A stretch of 63,824 bases of DNA, filler included, from Octopus bimaculoides (lineage: Eukaryota): NCBI RefSeq assembly GCF_001194135.2. It is 7 parts of 7 records of this genome, joined end to end, with 100 filler letters (N's around TTAATTAATTAA, not from the genome) between each part and the next. Parts side by side here need not be neighbours in the genome. Positions count along the whole stretch, not along the records: positions 1 to 27,902 come from NC_068983.1; positions 28,003 to 34,969 come from NC_068985.1; positions 35,070 to 50,612 come from NC_068989.1; 4 more parts are not named here. One strand, given 5' to 3'. Under the pieces are notes generated by a model, which did not search any database, was not told the origin of the DNA, and worked only from the letters and a program-made list of their open reading frames with translations. This document shows positions 22,694 to 35,889 of this stretch, piece by piece. How positions within the stretch are numbered: the first letter of the stretch is position 1; each line of letters begins with the position of its first letter. Position numbers and translations under genes: made by a program.

Positions 22694-24355
22694 NNNNNNN
22701 NNNNNNNNNNNNNNNNNNNNNNNNNNNNNNNNNNNNNNNNNNNNNNNNNNNNNNNNNNNNNNNNNNNNNNNNNNNNNNNNNNNNNNNNNNNNNNNNNNNN
22801 NNNNNNNNNNNNNNNNNNNNNNNNNNNNNNNNNNNNNNNNNNNNNNNNNNNNNNNNNNNNNNNNNNNNNNNNNNNNNNNNNNNNNNNNNNNNNNNNNNNN
22901 NNNNNNNNNNNNNNNNNNNNNNNNNNNNNNNNNNNNNNNNNNNNNNNNNNNNNNNNNNNNNNNNNNNNNNNNNNNNNNNNNNNNNNNNNNNNNNNNNNNN
23001 NNNNNNNNNNNNNNNNNNNNNNNNNNNNNNNNNNNNNNNNNNNNNNNNNNNNNNNNNNNNNNNNNNNNNNNNNNNNNNNNNNNNNNNNNNNNNNNNNNNN
23101 NNNNNNNNNNNNNNNNNNNNNNNNNNNNNNNNNNNNNNNNNNNNNNNNNNNNNNNNNNNNNNNNNNNNNNNNNNNNNNNNNNNNNNNNNNNNNNNNNNNN
23201 NNNNNNNNNNNNNNNNNNNNNNNNNNNNNNNNNNNNNNNNNNNNNNNNNNNNNNNNNNNNNNNNNNNNNNNNNNNNNNNNNNNNNNNNNNNNNNNNNNNN
23301 NNNNNNNNNNNNNNNNNNNNNNNNNNNNNNNNNNNNNNNNNNNNNNNNNNNNNNNNNNNNNNNNNNNNNNNNNNNNNNNNNNNNNNNNNNNNNNNNNNNN
23401 NNNNNNNNNNNNNNNNNNNNNNNNNNNNNNNNNNNNNNNNNNNNNNNNNNNNNNNNNNNNNNNNNNNNNNNNNNNNNNNNNNNNNNNNNNNNNNNNNNNN
23501 NNNNNNNNNNNNNNNNNNNNNNNNNNNNNNNNNNNNNNNTATACATATACATGCAAACATAAACATGCACACACATACATATATATATACATATATATAT
23601 ATATGTGTGTGTGCGGTGTCCCTAGCGCTTACTACCTTAAGGGGATTTATCAAAATATATCGCAGGATTAAAACTGTTAATTTAAAATCAAGATATCAGG
23701 GAAAAGATGCATAGAATACGCAGATTTAATTTTTGTTTGCGTACTTATGAATTTCTTGTCAGTGATAATAATGTGTAGCACTCTTTCATTCTTTTTGAAA
23801 GGATCAGCATTACAAAACCCGAAATATATTAATTAGGCATATTATGAAGTGAAACATTACTTAAAGATGGAAAATAATTAGTCTGGAAGAGATTTATGGA
23901 ATGTACATATTCCTTTTTTCTGTTTTTCTTTTTCTTTATGGAGTGAGAGTAGTTTAGTAATCTAGGAAAAAGAGAGAGCGATAAAAGAGTGTTCTTAGTA
24001 TCTACATATGGGGAACTGTTTCAACGGGGTTGTGCCTTGTGAGAGCATTTTATGGAAGTAAATATTTTAGCTTAAGCTACAAACGAAATCAGTAAGTTGT
24101 CTTCGATATAGTCTTTCAGATGTAGATATTGATTTCAAGTTGCTCTTCCATAGTCGCGTTATGTAGGACAAACATCTCACCTGAAACATTACACCTTGAC
24201 TTTTCATGAACAGGCTAGTTGGAACCTCTGAAACTCGCAACCAGAATATGTTAAACACATGATGCCATCTAGCGGCTAGTTAATGCACGGGAGGTAATAA
24301 TTTCTTCAAATTAGAAATTTCAAGTTGAAATTTAGGAATAAAGGAAAAAAAATGC

Positions 24356-24356
<1 letters not shown>

Positions 24357-24431
<75 letters not shown>

Positions 24432-24432
24432 G
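24357..24432. repeat. (TCTA)n microsatellite (another at about 38648-38738)
   Basis: Direct reading. Confidence 0.97.
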
Positions 24433-25558
24433 TCTAGGAAGGGCAATGAGTCAGGCGTTTTGTGGAGTCTTTGTGAGAAGTGGTGTCTCAGGGAGTTTTA
24501 AGGTCTCCATAGAAAGAGAAATGAGATGATATTTATAAGATTTTTATAGAAAGGGTAATACTGTAGGCATCGCAACGCATCATGTGTTATTCCGTAGCAG
24601 TAATTCATCAGAATAACATTATTTACTCTGACTAATTAACCATACCTAATGTTCACAAATGCCTTTATTTTGCTAAAGGTACTCAATAGCCATGTGCTGC
24701 CCTTCAACCATCTACGTACCAAGAACAAAGACAATATACTTGACACGTTTCTCTTGGTATCCATCGCACACATTTGACTAACACGGCTTGTATCATTGTG
24801 AAAATAACGAACTTCAGGCTCGGAAGATTGTAAAACTGTGAAAAGAGAATGTCGCTTGCCAGATGGCCAGGCAGTTACACGGAATGACATTGTATTAAAA
24901 TGTAATGAATCAATTCAGTAAATATTTAGGCGAAAGATTAACAGGACTTCACACGAATTTTCCGGATTAAAATCAAAGCAACAACCATATTTTACCATGA
25001 AGTAAAAATGTCAGTTTTTGTAAATTATAATCTTAATCTGAAAATATTTTAACGTTTTAATAACATTCACATAATTCAATAGATAATCAATAAGGCTAAA
25101 TTGGACACTTCCTGGATATTATTTGCATAATTCAGTACATTTGAAATATCAATTGAAGTTACAATTTAATATTATTTAGAAAATAAAATCTATAGAAAGT
25201 TTCTTGATGTCCGATTGCTTGGACGTGGATTTGAATTATCAATAAGGCATGTGTACTGAAGCGGTTTCAATTCTTAGATAATATTGAATTCAGTTCTTTG
25301 CCTCTTGAACTCAACTAACAGCCAATGGGTTTGAAGTAAGGCTTCACCTTAAGCTGCAGCATATCCATATCTCTCTAAAAAAACAGAGACCCCAGGGAAG
25401 TAAAACAGTGGAACGTATAAGTGCAACCGCACGCGCACCCAAGAACTTGTTACGTAAATCCAACGACGAAAGCAGAGTACCACGGATGACGCCTGGCAGC
25501 CATAAGTAATGAACGTGCTCTGCAGGCACATAACGCGAAAGAACGTTTGGATAACTTG

Positions 25559-25590
<32 letters not shown>

Positions 25591-26015
25591 AAGATACGAG
25601 GAGTTTTCGTCAGGGTGACACCAACTAATATGTGAGCACTCGGAGTGCTCAAATAGGTGTGCCACTAAACATCCGGTTTGAACTGTGGTTTTGTGACTCC
25701 CTCAACAAAAGCGGCTGAAAGTGGTTGCCCTTTGAGTCAGTAGGTATTTCTCTCCGATGACAGTATACTCAACATATGGAAGCTTCACTCGTCTCGATGT
25801 TCCAATAGTTGAGATGTCCCAAAAACAGCTGTCTATACATTTTAATATATCGCTAAATTAAATGTCCTTATCAAACTACTGATACGTTTTTGTGTTTTAA
25901 ACACAGTATCTCCATAAAAGATGCAATCTCCGGACGAGTGCTACATTTAATTTGGCTTTTCGTAGTGTATTTACATTGAGTATGATACACAAGCGGCTAT
26001 TACAATCTAATACCG

Positions 26016-26232
26016 CTACTGTCTGGTAAGAAGTTTGCTCCTAAACCATATGGTTTCAGGTTCAATCCCACTGCGTGACACCTAGGGTTGGCACATTTAT
26101 CATAGCCCCTGGCAGACCAAAGACCTGTGAGTTGATATAGTCGAGAGAAACTTAAAGAAGTCCCTCTTGTATCACTCTCACTCGCTCACTCACTCACTCA
26201 CTCACTCACTCACTCACTCATTCACTCACTCA

Positions 26233-26283
<51 letters not shown>

Positions 26284-26309
26284 AGCATGCATGTTGTGTG
26301 TGTATGACT

Positions 26310-26361
<52 letters not shown>

Positions 26362-26592
26362 GCGTACGTCTGTGTCTTTTTGCGTTTTCGTTTGTTCCCT
26401 ACTGCCGCTTGATAACCGGCGTTGGCTTGTTTACGCTTCAATGACTTAGCGGTCATGCAAAGTAAACGATATAATAAGTAGCACACCAAAAACGAAAAGC
26501 GTAGTGAAGTCGATTTGTTCGATCAAACCTTTCAAAGCAGCACTCCAGCATGGCCGTAGGCTAATGACAGAAACAACTGAAAGATAGATAAG
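26016..26592 (+). mobile_element. Older SINE family A with expanded internal (CACT)(GTCT)(GT) compound microsatellite
   Basis: GGTTCAATCCCACTGCG head, GAAACTTAAAGAAGTCC, 3' CACTCCAGCATGGCCGTAG..GAAACAACTGAAAG. Confidence 0.8.
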
Positions 26593-26620
26593 GCATGTAT
26601 TAATCTTCTGTGAGTGTTCA

Positions 26621-26816
26621 AGGCAGAGAGCTGGCAGAATCGTTAGCACTCAAGAGAAACTGTTTAGCGGTATTTCGTCAGCCTTATGTTCTGAGTTCAA
26701 ATACCACCGGGGTCGACTTAGCCTTTCATCATTTTGGAGTTGACAAAATAAGGACCAGTTGAGCACTGGGTCTGATTTAATCGAAAACCGCTGGCATTTT
26801 ACCAAAATTTGAACCC
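26621..26816 (+). mobile_element. SINE family B
   Basis: AGGCAGAGAGCTGGCAGAATCGTTAGCAC A-box region, GAGTTCAAATACC B-box, GCCTTTCATC..AATAAGGACCAGTTGAGCACTGGG. Confidence 0.88.
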
Positions 26817-27711
26817 TGTAATGTGTGCATCTGTTTCTTCGCTCGTATACACCCTTTCGTGATGTGCGGTGGTTTTTTTACTGCTGGAGCTCCGTCAGTT
26901 GAAGGGACAACGCTTTTCTGTTGAGTTTATACAATAAAAGTCAAATTCAGTCGATCGAAGTATTTTGCCTGTCTGTTATTAGAGATGTCAGACGCTACTG
27001 CCTGCGTTTTTGGCTAGCAGAGTGCTCCCCTGAGACATTCCCTTTAGCCATTTAGTTGCTGATGCAATAACAGATGAGCCTTCTGTTTCAAGCAAGAAGC
27101 CAATGGTAAACAATAATAACAAAAAAAAACAAACAAACAAACAAAAAAAAAACAAGCAAAAGAACAACAAAGATCTCCCCCCCTCTAAATTTCAAAATCA
27201 GACTAAAATATAAATGGTAACGCAATGAAAAAGAAATCTAATTGTAATGCAATTCCCTGCTGAACCCGTTGGCAAGCACTTGAAACCTTTGTCCTGTTAA
27301 CAGATATGTGTTTTCGTCGAATAGCTTTCATATTTCAAAACAAATGATCGTTCCATTTTGCGCCTCACTGACTTTAAATTATGCTAAGTAGAACTCGCTG
27401 TATGTGTGTGTATATTGTATGTGTGTATCTATGTATGCATATGTATATATGCACGTGTGTGTAAGTATATAGACCAGAGTTGTGTGTTGAGTGTTAAACA
27501 GACATTTCTCTGAACAGTTAGAGATCAATATGTAAATCGAGTTTTGTGTGAAATCACAACATAACAGCATGATGGGAATTCAATGACTAACCCTCGCCCA
27601 CCTCAATTGCAAAACGCAGCTGCCATTTGGATTGTCTTATTTTATTACTCATTGATGCAAGCAGCAAGTGGCAATACATGAATGACTAGCGACAGACAAA
27701 GCGGCAAAGTA

Positions 27712-27723
27712 ATAATAATTATG

Positions 27724-27784
<61 letters not shown>

Positions 27785-27821
27785 TGATGATGATGATGAG
27801 GATGAGGATGATGATAATGAT

Positions 27822-27902
<81 letters not shown>
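27712..27902. repeat. Compound trinucleotide array (TAA)(TGA)(GAG/GAT)(CAA)(TAA)
   Basis: Direct reading; ends at a scaffold linker. Confidence 0.95.
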
Positions 27903-28582
27903 NNNNNNNNNNNNNNNNNNNNNNNNNNNNNNNNNNNNNNNNNNNNTTAATTAATTAANNNNNNNNNNNNNNNNNNNNNNNNNNNNNNNNNNNNNNNNNN
28001 NNTTCAAAAAATTTAACAAAAAACTATATAAATTAATAAAGGACTGAACCAGTGCGTGTGTTTATTACCGGCATAATGCCTCTCCCAAGGTTTAATTGTA
28101 TATATATATATATATATATATACATATGTATATAAGAGAACAATTGTGGAACAACAGATATATGTCAGTCCAAGTGGAGTACAACATGGACAAAATACTA
28201 GAGTGCATGATTTGAGAATATGATACCTGAGATTGATCATGATCAGCTCATGAAAAAGAAGGTCAGGACCACCCTTAGTCTAGAGAAAACCAAGCTCTCT
28301 AGTATGAAAGAGATATCGGTGTGATGAAATCTCCTGAGGTTCAGATATGTCTGAAAGAATACAAAGAATCAAAGAGACTTGATGGTTAAAATAAATCTCC
28401 TAACCACAGCTGCCTAGGAGTACAAGGAGATGGCTAATTGTAACATGAGGAGATTAGGATCAGACATTGATACTGACAGCAGAAAATACTCCAGTTATAC
28501 AGATTCATGGCATATCATACAGGAAGTTATTGTTTACGGTGAAGACAGATACACCTGTGTACAGGCACGCATGCATGCATGT

Positions 28583-28631
<49 letters not shown>

Positions 28632-28731
28632 TGTGTGTGTTTGTGTTTATGTGAGTGTGTATATACAAACATATATGATGATTTTTTAAAATAGACATAC
28701 ATATAAGTATATATATATTCTGTATATCTGT

Positions 28732-28828
<97 letters not shown>

Positions 28829-29063
28829 CAGATATGCATGTGGACATACATATGTATACTATATGTATACACACACACACACACACACACACATGTGTAT
28901 ATACACATACATGCACACACGCTTACTCACACATACTTACACATGCATACATACACCTACAGAAAAACTTCTACATCTCCCAGGTGTATACAAATCCTTC
29001 TTATGTCTATATTTACATTAGACTAGAACAATAAACAATAGCAAGATACACACAGGTATAGAG

Positions 29064-29106
<43 letters not shown>

Positions 29107-29116
29107 NNNNNNNNNN

Positions 29117-29154
<38 letters not shown>

Positions 29155-29309
29155 TCACATATACATTCACACATACAACAATATATTTATTTTCTTATTT
29201 TGTGTTAGAAAAACATAGAGGTGTTGAATACAGCCTTGTCTTGATAGTATTTTGAGCCTTGTATATGTTTGTCTCATATGACGTAAGATGATATAACTGA
29301 GTTTAAACA

Positions 29310-29646
29310 TAGGCGCAAGTGTGACTGTGTGGTAAAACGCTTGCTTCCCAACCACGGGGTTCTGGGTTCAGTCCCACTGCATGACAACTTGGGCAAATGT
29401 CTTCTACTATAGCATGGGCTCTCCAAAGCCTTGTGAGTAGATTTGGTAAATGGAAATTGAAAGAAGCCTGTCATATGTGCACACACACACACACACACAC
29501 ACATGTATGTATGTATGTATGTATGTTTATATGTCTTTGTGTTTGTCCTCCACTACTGCTTGACAACTGGTGTTAGTGTGTTTATAACCCCATAACTTAG
29601 TAGTTAAGTAAAAGAGACTGATAAAATAAGTACTAGCCTTTAAAAA
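29310..29646 (+). mobile_element. SINE family A, 3'-truncated, internal (CA)n(TATG)n
   Basis: GGGTTCAGTCCCACTGC, GTCTTCTACTATAGC, GAAAGAAGCCTGTC, GATAAAATAAGTACTAG. Confidence 0.88.
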
Positions 29647-29765
29647 GGTGTATTAGTTTGACACTCAGGAAAAAATGGAAATGTCTTTGACATTTTGAGC
29701 CTATGCTCTTCAACAGAAAGGAATGAGGAAAGGAAATGGAGAAAAGAAAAATATTTCTGGATTAA

Positions 29766-29811
<46 letters not shown>

Positions 29812-29842
29812 ATGTGTGTGTCTCTACATATATGCTGTGATG

Positions 29843-30103
29843 TCCAAACTGGGCATCACTGCACTGTTCCAAAGGTCCCAGCTAGCCTGCCTAGAGTGAG
29901 GACCATGTACTGCAATAGCTTGGGATTCAAGGGCCCACAGGTATTTAATACCTTGCCAGAACACCTGAGGGATCTTCATGGAGTAGAAGAAAATGTTCTC
30001 AAGAAACAACTTGACCTTCTGCTATCCAAGGCCACAGATAAACCTATACCAAGGCAGGAAACTCAAAGAGGGCAGCAGTGTTGAATTCCCTCCTTCACCA
30101 AAA
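29843..30103 (+). mobile_element. CR1-group LINE, 3' end of ORF2
   Basis: GHHCTVPKVP..RVRTMYCNSLGFKGPQVFNTLPEHLRDLHGVEENVLKKQLDLLLSKATDKP (GP.LFN.LP..LR....F K..LD..L...PD.P). Confidence 0.75.
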
Positions 30104-30956
30104 GTGAATCACATACGATTGGCTATTGAAACACGGTTACAGAGCGTGCTTATCGATATAAACATTGGCAGAAACACACCTTTAGTTCATATAAGTGATA
30201 TCTACCATTACATATAATTTAAACATTGATTTTCTTCTTAAATTACACTTCCACTAGATATATCTTTTTCCAAGACTTTAGGGTTTTATTTAATTCACAT
30301 ATCGTTCTATATTTCTCATTTATTTGGTTTCTGGTTTTTTCTTTCCTTTACCCCTCCTCTTTCTATAGGCTACCTTTGACGTCATATCCTCTAACGTTTT
30401 CTAAAAATAACTTAATAGCATTCAGTTCATCACAATACATATCCATCATATTCTGTCAAAATGTCTTATTGACGAGTTTTATTTCTTCATTTCCCTGAAG
30501 AGACGATTACATTGTTTTACACCATTTTATTCCTTTGGAATAATACCAATGACATCTTTGCAACATGTGTTGGAAGTAAAAGAATTTGAATAACATTTGT
30601 GTTTAACTCCATTTATTTATTTATATATATTATACAAAATATTTCACATAAACCCGGAGTTTCTACCTTTAAAAACAAGGTGTTACACCCTATTTTACTT
30701 GTGTGATTTTTTGCTACCCTAGTAACTGCTTATCTATTTTTTCTGTGTTAATTGTAAACAAGGGAAAAATACGCACATCTATATNNNNNNNNNNNNNNNN
30801 NNNNNNNNNNNNNNNNNNNNNNNNNNNNNNNNNNNNNNNNNNNNNNNNNNNNNNNNNNNNNNNNNNNNNNNNNNNNNNNNNNNNNNNNNNNNNNNNNNNN
30901 NNNNNNNNNNNNNNNNNNNNNNNNNNNNNNNNNNNNNNNNNNNNNNNNNNNNNNNN

Positions 30957-31320
30957 ATCATCATCATCATCATCGTTTAATGTTCACTTTCCATGCTAGC
31001 ATGGGTTAGACGATTTGACTGAGGACTGGCAAGCCAGAAGGCTTCACCAGGCTCCAATCTGATCTGGTAGAGTTTCTATAGCTGGATGCCCTGCCTAACG
31101 CCAACCACTCCAAGAGTGTAGTGGGTGCTTTTACGTGCCGCCGGCACGAGGGCCAGTCATGAGGTACTGGCAACGGCCACGCTCAAAAAGGTGTTTTTTA
31201 CGTGCCACCTGCAACGACCACACTTGAATATTGTTTTTCACGTGCCACTGGCACATGTGCCAGTAAGGCGACGCTGGCAACAATCATGCTCGAATGGTGC
31301 TTTTTACGTTCCACTGGCAC
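30957..31320 (-). mobile_element. Family C repeat (RTE-tail-like, (GAT)n tail) with internal GGCACGT repeats
   Basis: CATCATCGTTTAATGTTCACTTTCCATGCTAGCATGGGTT..CTGGATGCCCTGCCTAACGCCAACCACTC. Confidence 0.9.
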
Positions 31321-31415
31321 ATATATATATATGTGTGCGTGTGTGTGTGTGTGTATAAGTATATATATATGTATATATATGTATGTGTGTATATCTCTAT
31401 ATATATATATGTATA

Positions 31416-31463
<48 letters not shown>

Positions 31464-32779
31464 NNNNNNNNNNNNNNNNNNNNNNNNNNNNNNNNNNNNN
31501 NNNNNNNNNNNNNNNNNNNNNNNNNNNNNNNNNNNNNNNNNNNNNNNNNNNNNNNNNNNNNNNNNNNNNNNNNNNNNNNNNNNNNNNNNNNNNNNNNNNN
31601 NNNNNNNNNNNNNNNNNNNNNNNNNNNNNNNNNNNNNNNNNNNNNNNNNNNNNNNNNNNNNNNNNNNNNNNNNNNNNNNNNNNNNNNNNNNNNNNNNNNN
31701 NNNNNNNNNNNNNNNNNNNNNNNNNNNNNNNNNNNNNNNNNNNNNNNNNNNNNNNNNNNNNNNNNNNNNNNNNNNNNNNNNNNNNNNNNNNNNNNNNNNN
31801 NNNNNNNNNNNNNNNNNNNNNNNNNNNNNNNNNNNNNNNNNNNNNNNNNNNNNNNNNNNNNNNNNNNNNNNNNNNNNNNNNNNNNNNNNNNNNNNNNNNN
31901 NNNNNNNNNNNNNNNNNNNNNNNNNNNNNNNNNNNNNNNNNNNNNNNNNNNNNNNNNNNNNNNNNNNNNNNNNNNNNNNNNNNNNNNNNNNNNNNNNNNN
32001 NNNNNNNNNNNNNNNNNNNNNNNNNNNNNNNNNNNNNNNNNNNNNNNNNNNNNNNNNNNNNNNNNNNNNNNNNNNNNNNNNNNNNNNNNNNNNNNNNNNN
32101 NNNNNNNNNNNNNNNNNNNNNNNNNNNNNNNNNNNNNNNNNNNNNNNNNNNNNNNNNNNNNNNNNNNNNNNNNNNNNNNNNNNNNNNNNNNNNNNNGGAC
32201 ATTAAACGATGATGATGATGATGATGATATATAAGACTAAAACTCAAAGTTTGTTTTCCTGCCATTTCCTTAAAATGATAAAGATTACAAATAAAATAGT
32301 CATTTCCCCCTTTAAGAAAAAAAAAATCAAGTTGACAATGTCGACACTTCAAAGAGTTATCAATAGCTACTGCTGTCAGTCCTTTTTCTTAATCATTTAT
32401 ACAAATCTCAAGTGATTTGGACTTAAAGAGAAATTCTCCCTATATTTTTATGAGATATTGTTTTAATCATGGGTACTTGATTTTTTTCTTAAAGGGTAAG
32501 ATTACTATTTTATTTAAAATAAGATATAAATCTTTATTATCTTAATCAAAAGCTAGAAAAACTGACAGAGAGACTATCTCTTTATAGATGAAAATCAGTT
32601 GCAATAGGAGGAGTTGAATCTCATAAAAATGGGAAAAAAACCCAACAAATGAGTTGTACCTTATAATGAAACTCTTTTAAGAGCATTCAAATGCCACTGG
32701 AATATTGAAATCATTGCCTCAGTGAGGTCAATTAAGTATGTCATTGAGTACACACTGAAAGAAATAACCAACCTACTGT

Positions 32780-33185
32780 TAACCAGGTGATACACGAAGG
32801 AGTCATACCCAATGACTGGTGTAGCAGCATCATAGTCAACTGCTACAAAAATAAAGGTGACACTTTAGATACAAATAATTACAGAGGTTTCAAGTTGTTG
32901 GATCAGATAATGAAGGTTACGGAGAGGGTCATAGCCCAACTAATTAGGGAAAAAGTCAGTTTAGATGTGACGCTGCAGGAGAAATACCTAGCCAAAGATA
33001 AACCTCTGTACCTGGCTTTCGTTGACATGGAGTAAGCCTTTGACAGGGTCCCCGATCCCTTATCTGGTGGTCAATGAGGAAACTACGGATAGATGAATGG
33101 TTAGTGAGAGTTGTGCAAGCAATGTACAGGGATGCTGTCAGTAAGGTGAGGGTTGGCAGCGAGTACAGTGAAGAATTCCAGGTAC
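32780..33185 (+). mobile_element. RTE-clade LINE RT fragment with internal deletion
   Basis: IPNDWCSSIIVNCYKNKGDTLDTNNYRGFKLLDQIMKVTERV..SLD|VTLQEKYLAKDKPLYLAFVDME*AFDRV..WWSMRKLRIDEWLVRVVQAMY; the expected QFGF..STTDAIF segment is missing. Confidence 0.92.
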
Positions 33186-33270
33186 TGCCAGACTGGCCCT
33201 CGTGCCAGTGGCATGCAAAAGCACCCACTACACTCTCAGAGTGGTTGGCGTTAGGAAGGGCATCCAGCTG
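33184..33270 (+). mobile_element. Family C segment fused directly to the RTE RT fragment
   Basis: GACTGGCCCTCGTGCCAGTGGCATGCAAAAGCACCCACTACACTCTCAGAGTGGTTGGCGTTAGGAAGGGCATCCAGCTG, near-identical to 50826-50905. Confidence 0.9.
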
Positions 33271-33350
33271 TTTCGCTCAACCAAATTCAGTCACAAAGTA
33301 TGTAATAAAATAATTTTCTGTAAAGCTTATATTTTGATAAGATATATATA

Positions 33351-33398
<48 letters not shown>

Positions 33399-33943
33399 TG
33401 CATGCATGCACACTCACACATACACACATACTGTCTTGCTACACCTCCCATCAAATAAAGAAATAAGTAAATAAATGAATTCAAGACATTATTGTATGTA
33501 CATTGTACAATGTGGTTTTCATTTAAGCGATATTAAAATGTTATTTAAACATTTCATACGTTTTCGTGCTTTTATTCAAAGTAAATGGTTATTCAAAATT
33601 GAAATTCTGGCCAATCCTGCTTGGCAGGATCACACATTTATAAATGTGCAGCAACATAAAAGCATACAGGTGCGAGAGAAAGAGAGTTGTAATTATTCAA
33701 GTTGTGTTAAAGTATCAGAATGGGAGAGTCAGCATTGTTCACCCCAGTCCCTATGCAAGTTTAATGCACTTTGATAATACATACATACATACATAAGCAC
33801 ATTCACACACACGCATGCACACACACACACACACACACACACTAAATCATAAATACATATAACATGTTTATGCATTTATATATATATTTGTATAATATAC
33901 AGTTATGTATTTTATATAATATACATTTAAACATATTATATAT

Positions 33944-34337
33944 TACTCTTTTACTCTTTTACTTGTTTCAGTCATTTGACTGTGGCCATGCTGGAGCACC
34001 ACCTTTAGTCGAGCAAATCGACCCCAGGACTTATTCTTTGTAAGCCTAGTACTTATTCTATCGTCTCTTTTGCCGAACCGCTAAGTTACGGGGACGTAAA
34101 CACACCAGAATCGGTTGTCAAGCAATGTTGGGGGGACAAACCCAGACACACATACATATATACACATATATACGACGGACTTCTTTCAGTTTCCGTCTAC
34201 CAAATCCACTCACAAGGCTTTGGTCGGCCCGAGGCTATAGTAGAAGACACTTGCCCAAGGTGCCACGTAGTGGGACTGAACCCGGAACTATGTGGTTGGT
34301 AAGCAAGCTACTTACCACACAGCCACTCCTACGCCTA
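33944..34337 (-). mobile_element. SINE family A, full length, young
   Basis: Near-perfect reverse complement of the 45551-46060 body, with a short internal TA/TG tract. Confidence 0.95.
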
Positions 34338-34438
34338 TATATACATATCTATAATATTCATTTATATATATTATTATTATATGATATACAAATATATATA
34401 AATATACATACATTTATATGTGAGTGTATGTATATATG

Positions 34439-34477
<39 letters not shown>

Positions 34478-34783
34478 GTACATTATATATACATATACAT
34501 ACACATACATATATATGTATGTATGTACACATACAGACACACACATATATGCTCATGTATAGATACATGCATACATTCATAAGTGTGTATTTGGGTGTGT
34601 GGGTATGTGTGTGTGTGTGTGTATGCATGCATTTGTGTATGAATCTATATGTATGTTTGTAAAAGTAAACAATGTAAACAAGATAGAAAAGAAGATAGGA
34701 AAACAACGTCATTGGTAAACAAAGCACAATGACAAACAACATAGGGTTACAGTTCAATATGTACATTTCCCAGCTACCTTACT

Positions 34784-34969
34784 TCATCATCATCATCATC
34801 ATCGTTTAACGTCCGCTTTCCATGCTAGCATGGGTTGGACGATTTGACTGAGGACTGGTGAAACCGGATGGCAACACCAGGCTCCAGTCTGATTTGGCAG
34901 AGTTTCTACAGCTGGATGCCCTTCCTAACGCCAACCACTCAGAGAGTGTAGTGGGTGCTTTTACGTGTC
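34784..34969 (-). mobile_element. Family C repeat, 3' part (cut by linker)
   Basis: CATCATCGTTTAACGTCCGCTTTCCATGCTAGCATGGGTTGGACG. Confidence 0.92.
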
Positions 34970-35069
34970 NNNNNNNNNNNNNNNNNNNNNNNNNNNNNNN
35001 NNNNNNNNNNNNNTTAATTAATTAANNNNNNNNNNNNNNNNNNNNNNNNNNNNNNNNNNNNNNNNNNNN

Positions 35070-35151
<82 letters not shown>

Positions 35152-35659
35152 GAGGAAAAGAGAACTTATATGCTTTCGAATATTGAAATTTCTTTGAACA
35201 TTACCTCCAACAGCGGCATCAGCATCTTCATTGTTGTCGTTATCTTCATGTTGATAGTGAGTCATCTTCATCACCATTTTCATCACCATCCTCATTATCA
35301 TCATCATCACCGTCACAATAATGATCAATCAAAAATCGTCGTCATCGTCACAATCAACATCATCAACACTACTATCACTAACATGATGCCTCTCCTTCTT
35401 CTTCTCCTCCTCACATGGGGCAGACAGACAGCAAAATTTTTGCTTGAAGAACACTTTGGCCATCCATCCATCCACCCATCCATCCATCCATCCATCCATC
35501 CATCCATCTTTACGGATCACTGTTTTTGGGAGAGTCGTAAGGGCAGATTCTTCTTAAGATGCTATCAGAAGCCATCATCATTAGATTTTTCCGGTAGGAA
35601 GCCCAAGTTTCCTGAAAATATAACTAACTAAAACAAAGGATATTATCCAACCATCTCAT

Positions 35660-35885
35660 TTTCGGTCTACCCTAGGTCTCCTTTCGGTTGGTTTGACTTG
35701 AAGGATCCATCTTTCAATACTTTCCTGTGACATTCTAGTTCCATGTTCATAGCACCGGAGCTGTGACCTCTCAATGCGGAAAAGTCGTGGTTGGACCTGG
35801 TGAAACTGCCAGATCTCCGAGCAATGTATCCCTGTTGAGTACCCTTATTCCAGAGATCCTTCGGAAGAACCCCATTTTGACTGCT
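35660..35885 (-). mobile_element. RTE (Expander/Rex3-like) LINE C-terminal fragment
   Basis: AVKMGFFRRISGI..QVQPRLFRIERSQLRCYEHGTRMSQE..KPTERRPR (IERSQLRW.GH..RM, RPRGRP). Confidence 0.8.
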
Positions 35886-35889
35886 TGTA

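Noticed and set aside
27947-27958. TTAATTAATTAA islands inside N runs (also 35014, 50657, 53256, 58730, 59867)
   Set aside because: Each is 44 N + 12 bp + 44 N = 100 bp: an artificial six-frame-stop scaffold linker, not biology. Order and distance across these joins are uncertain.
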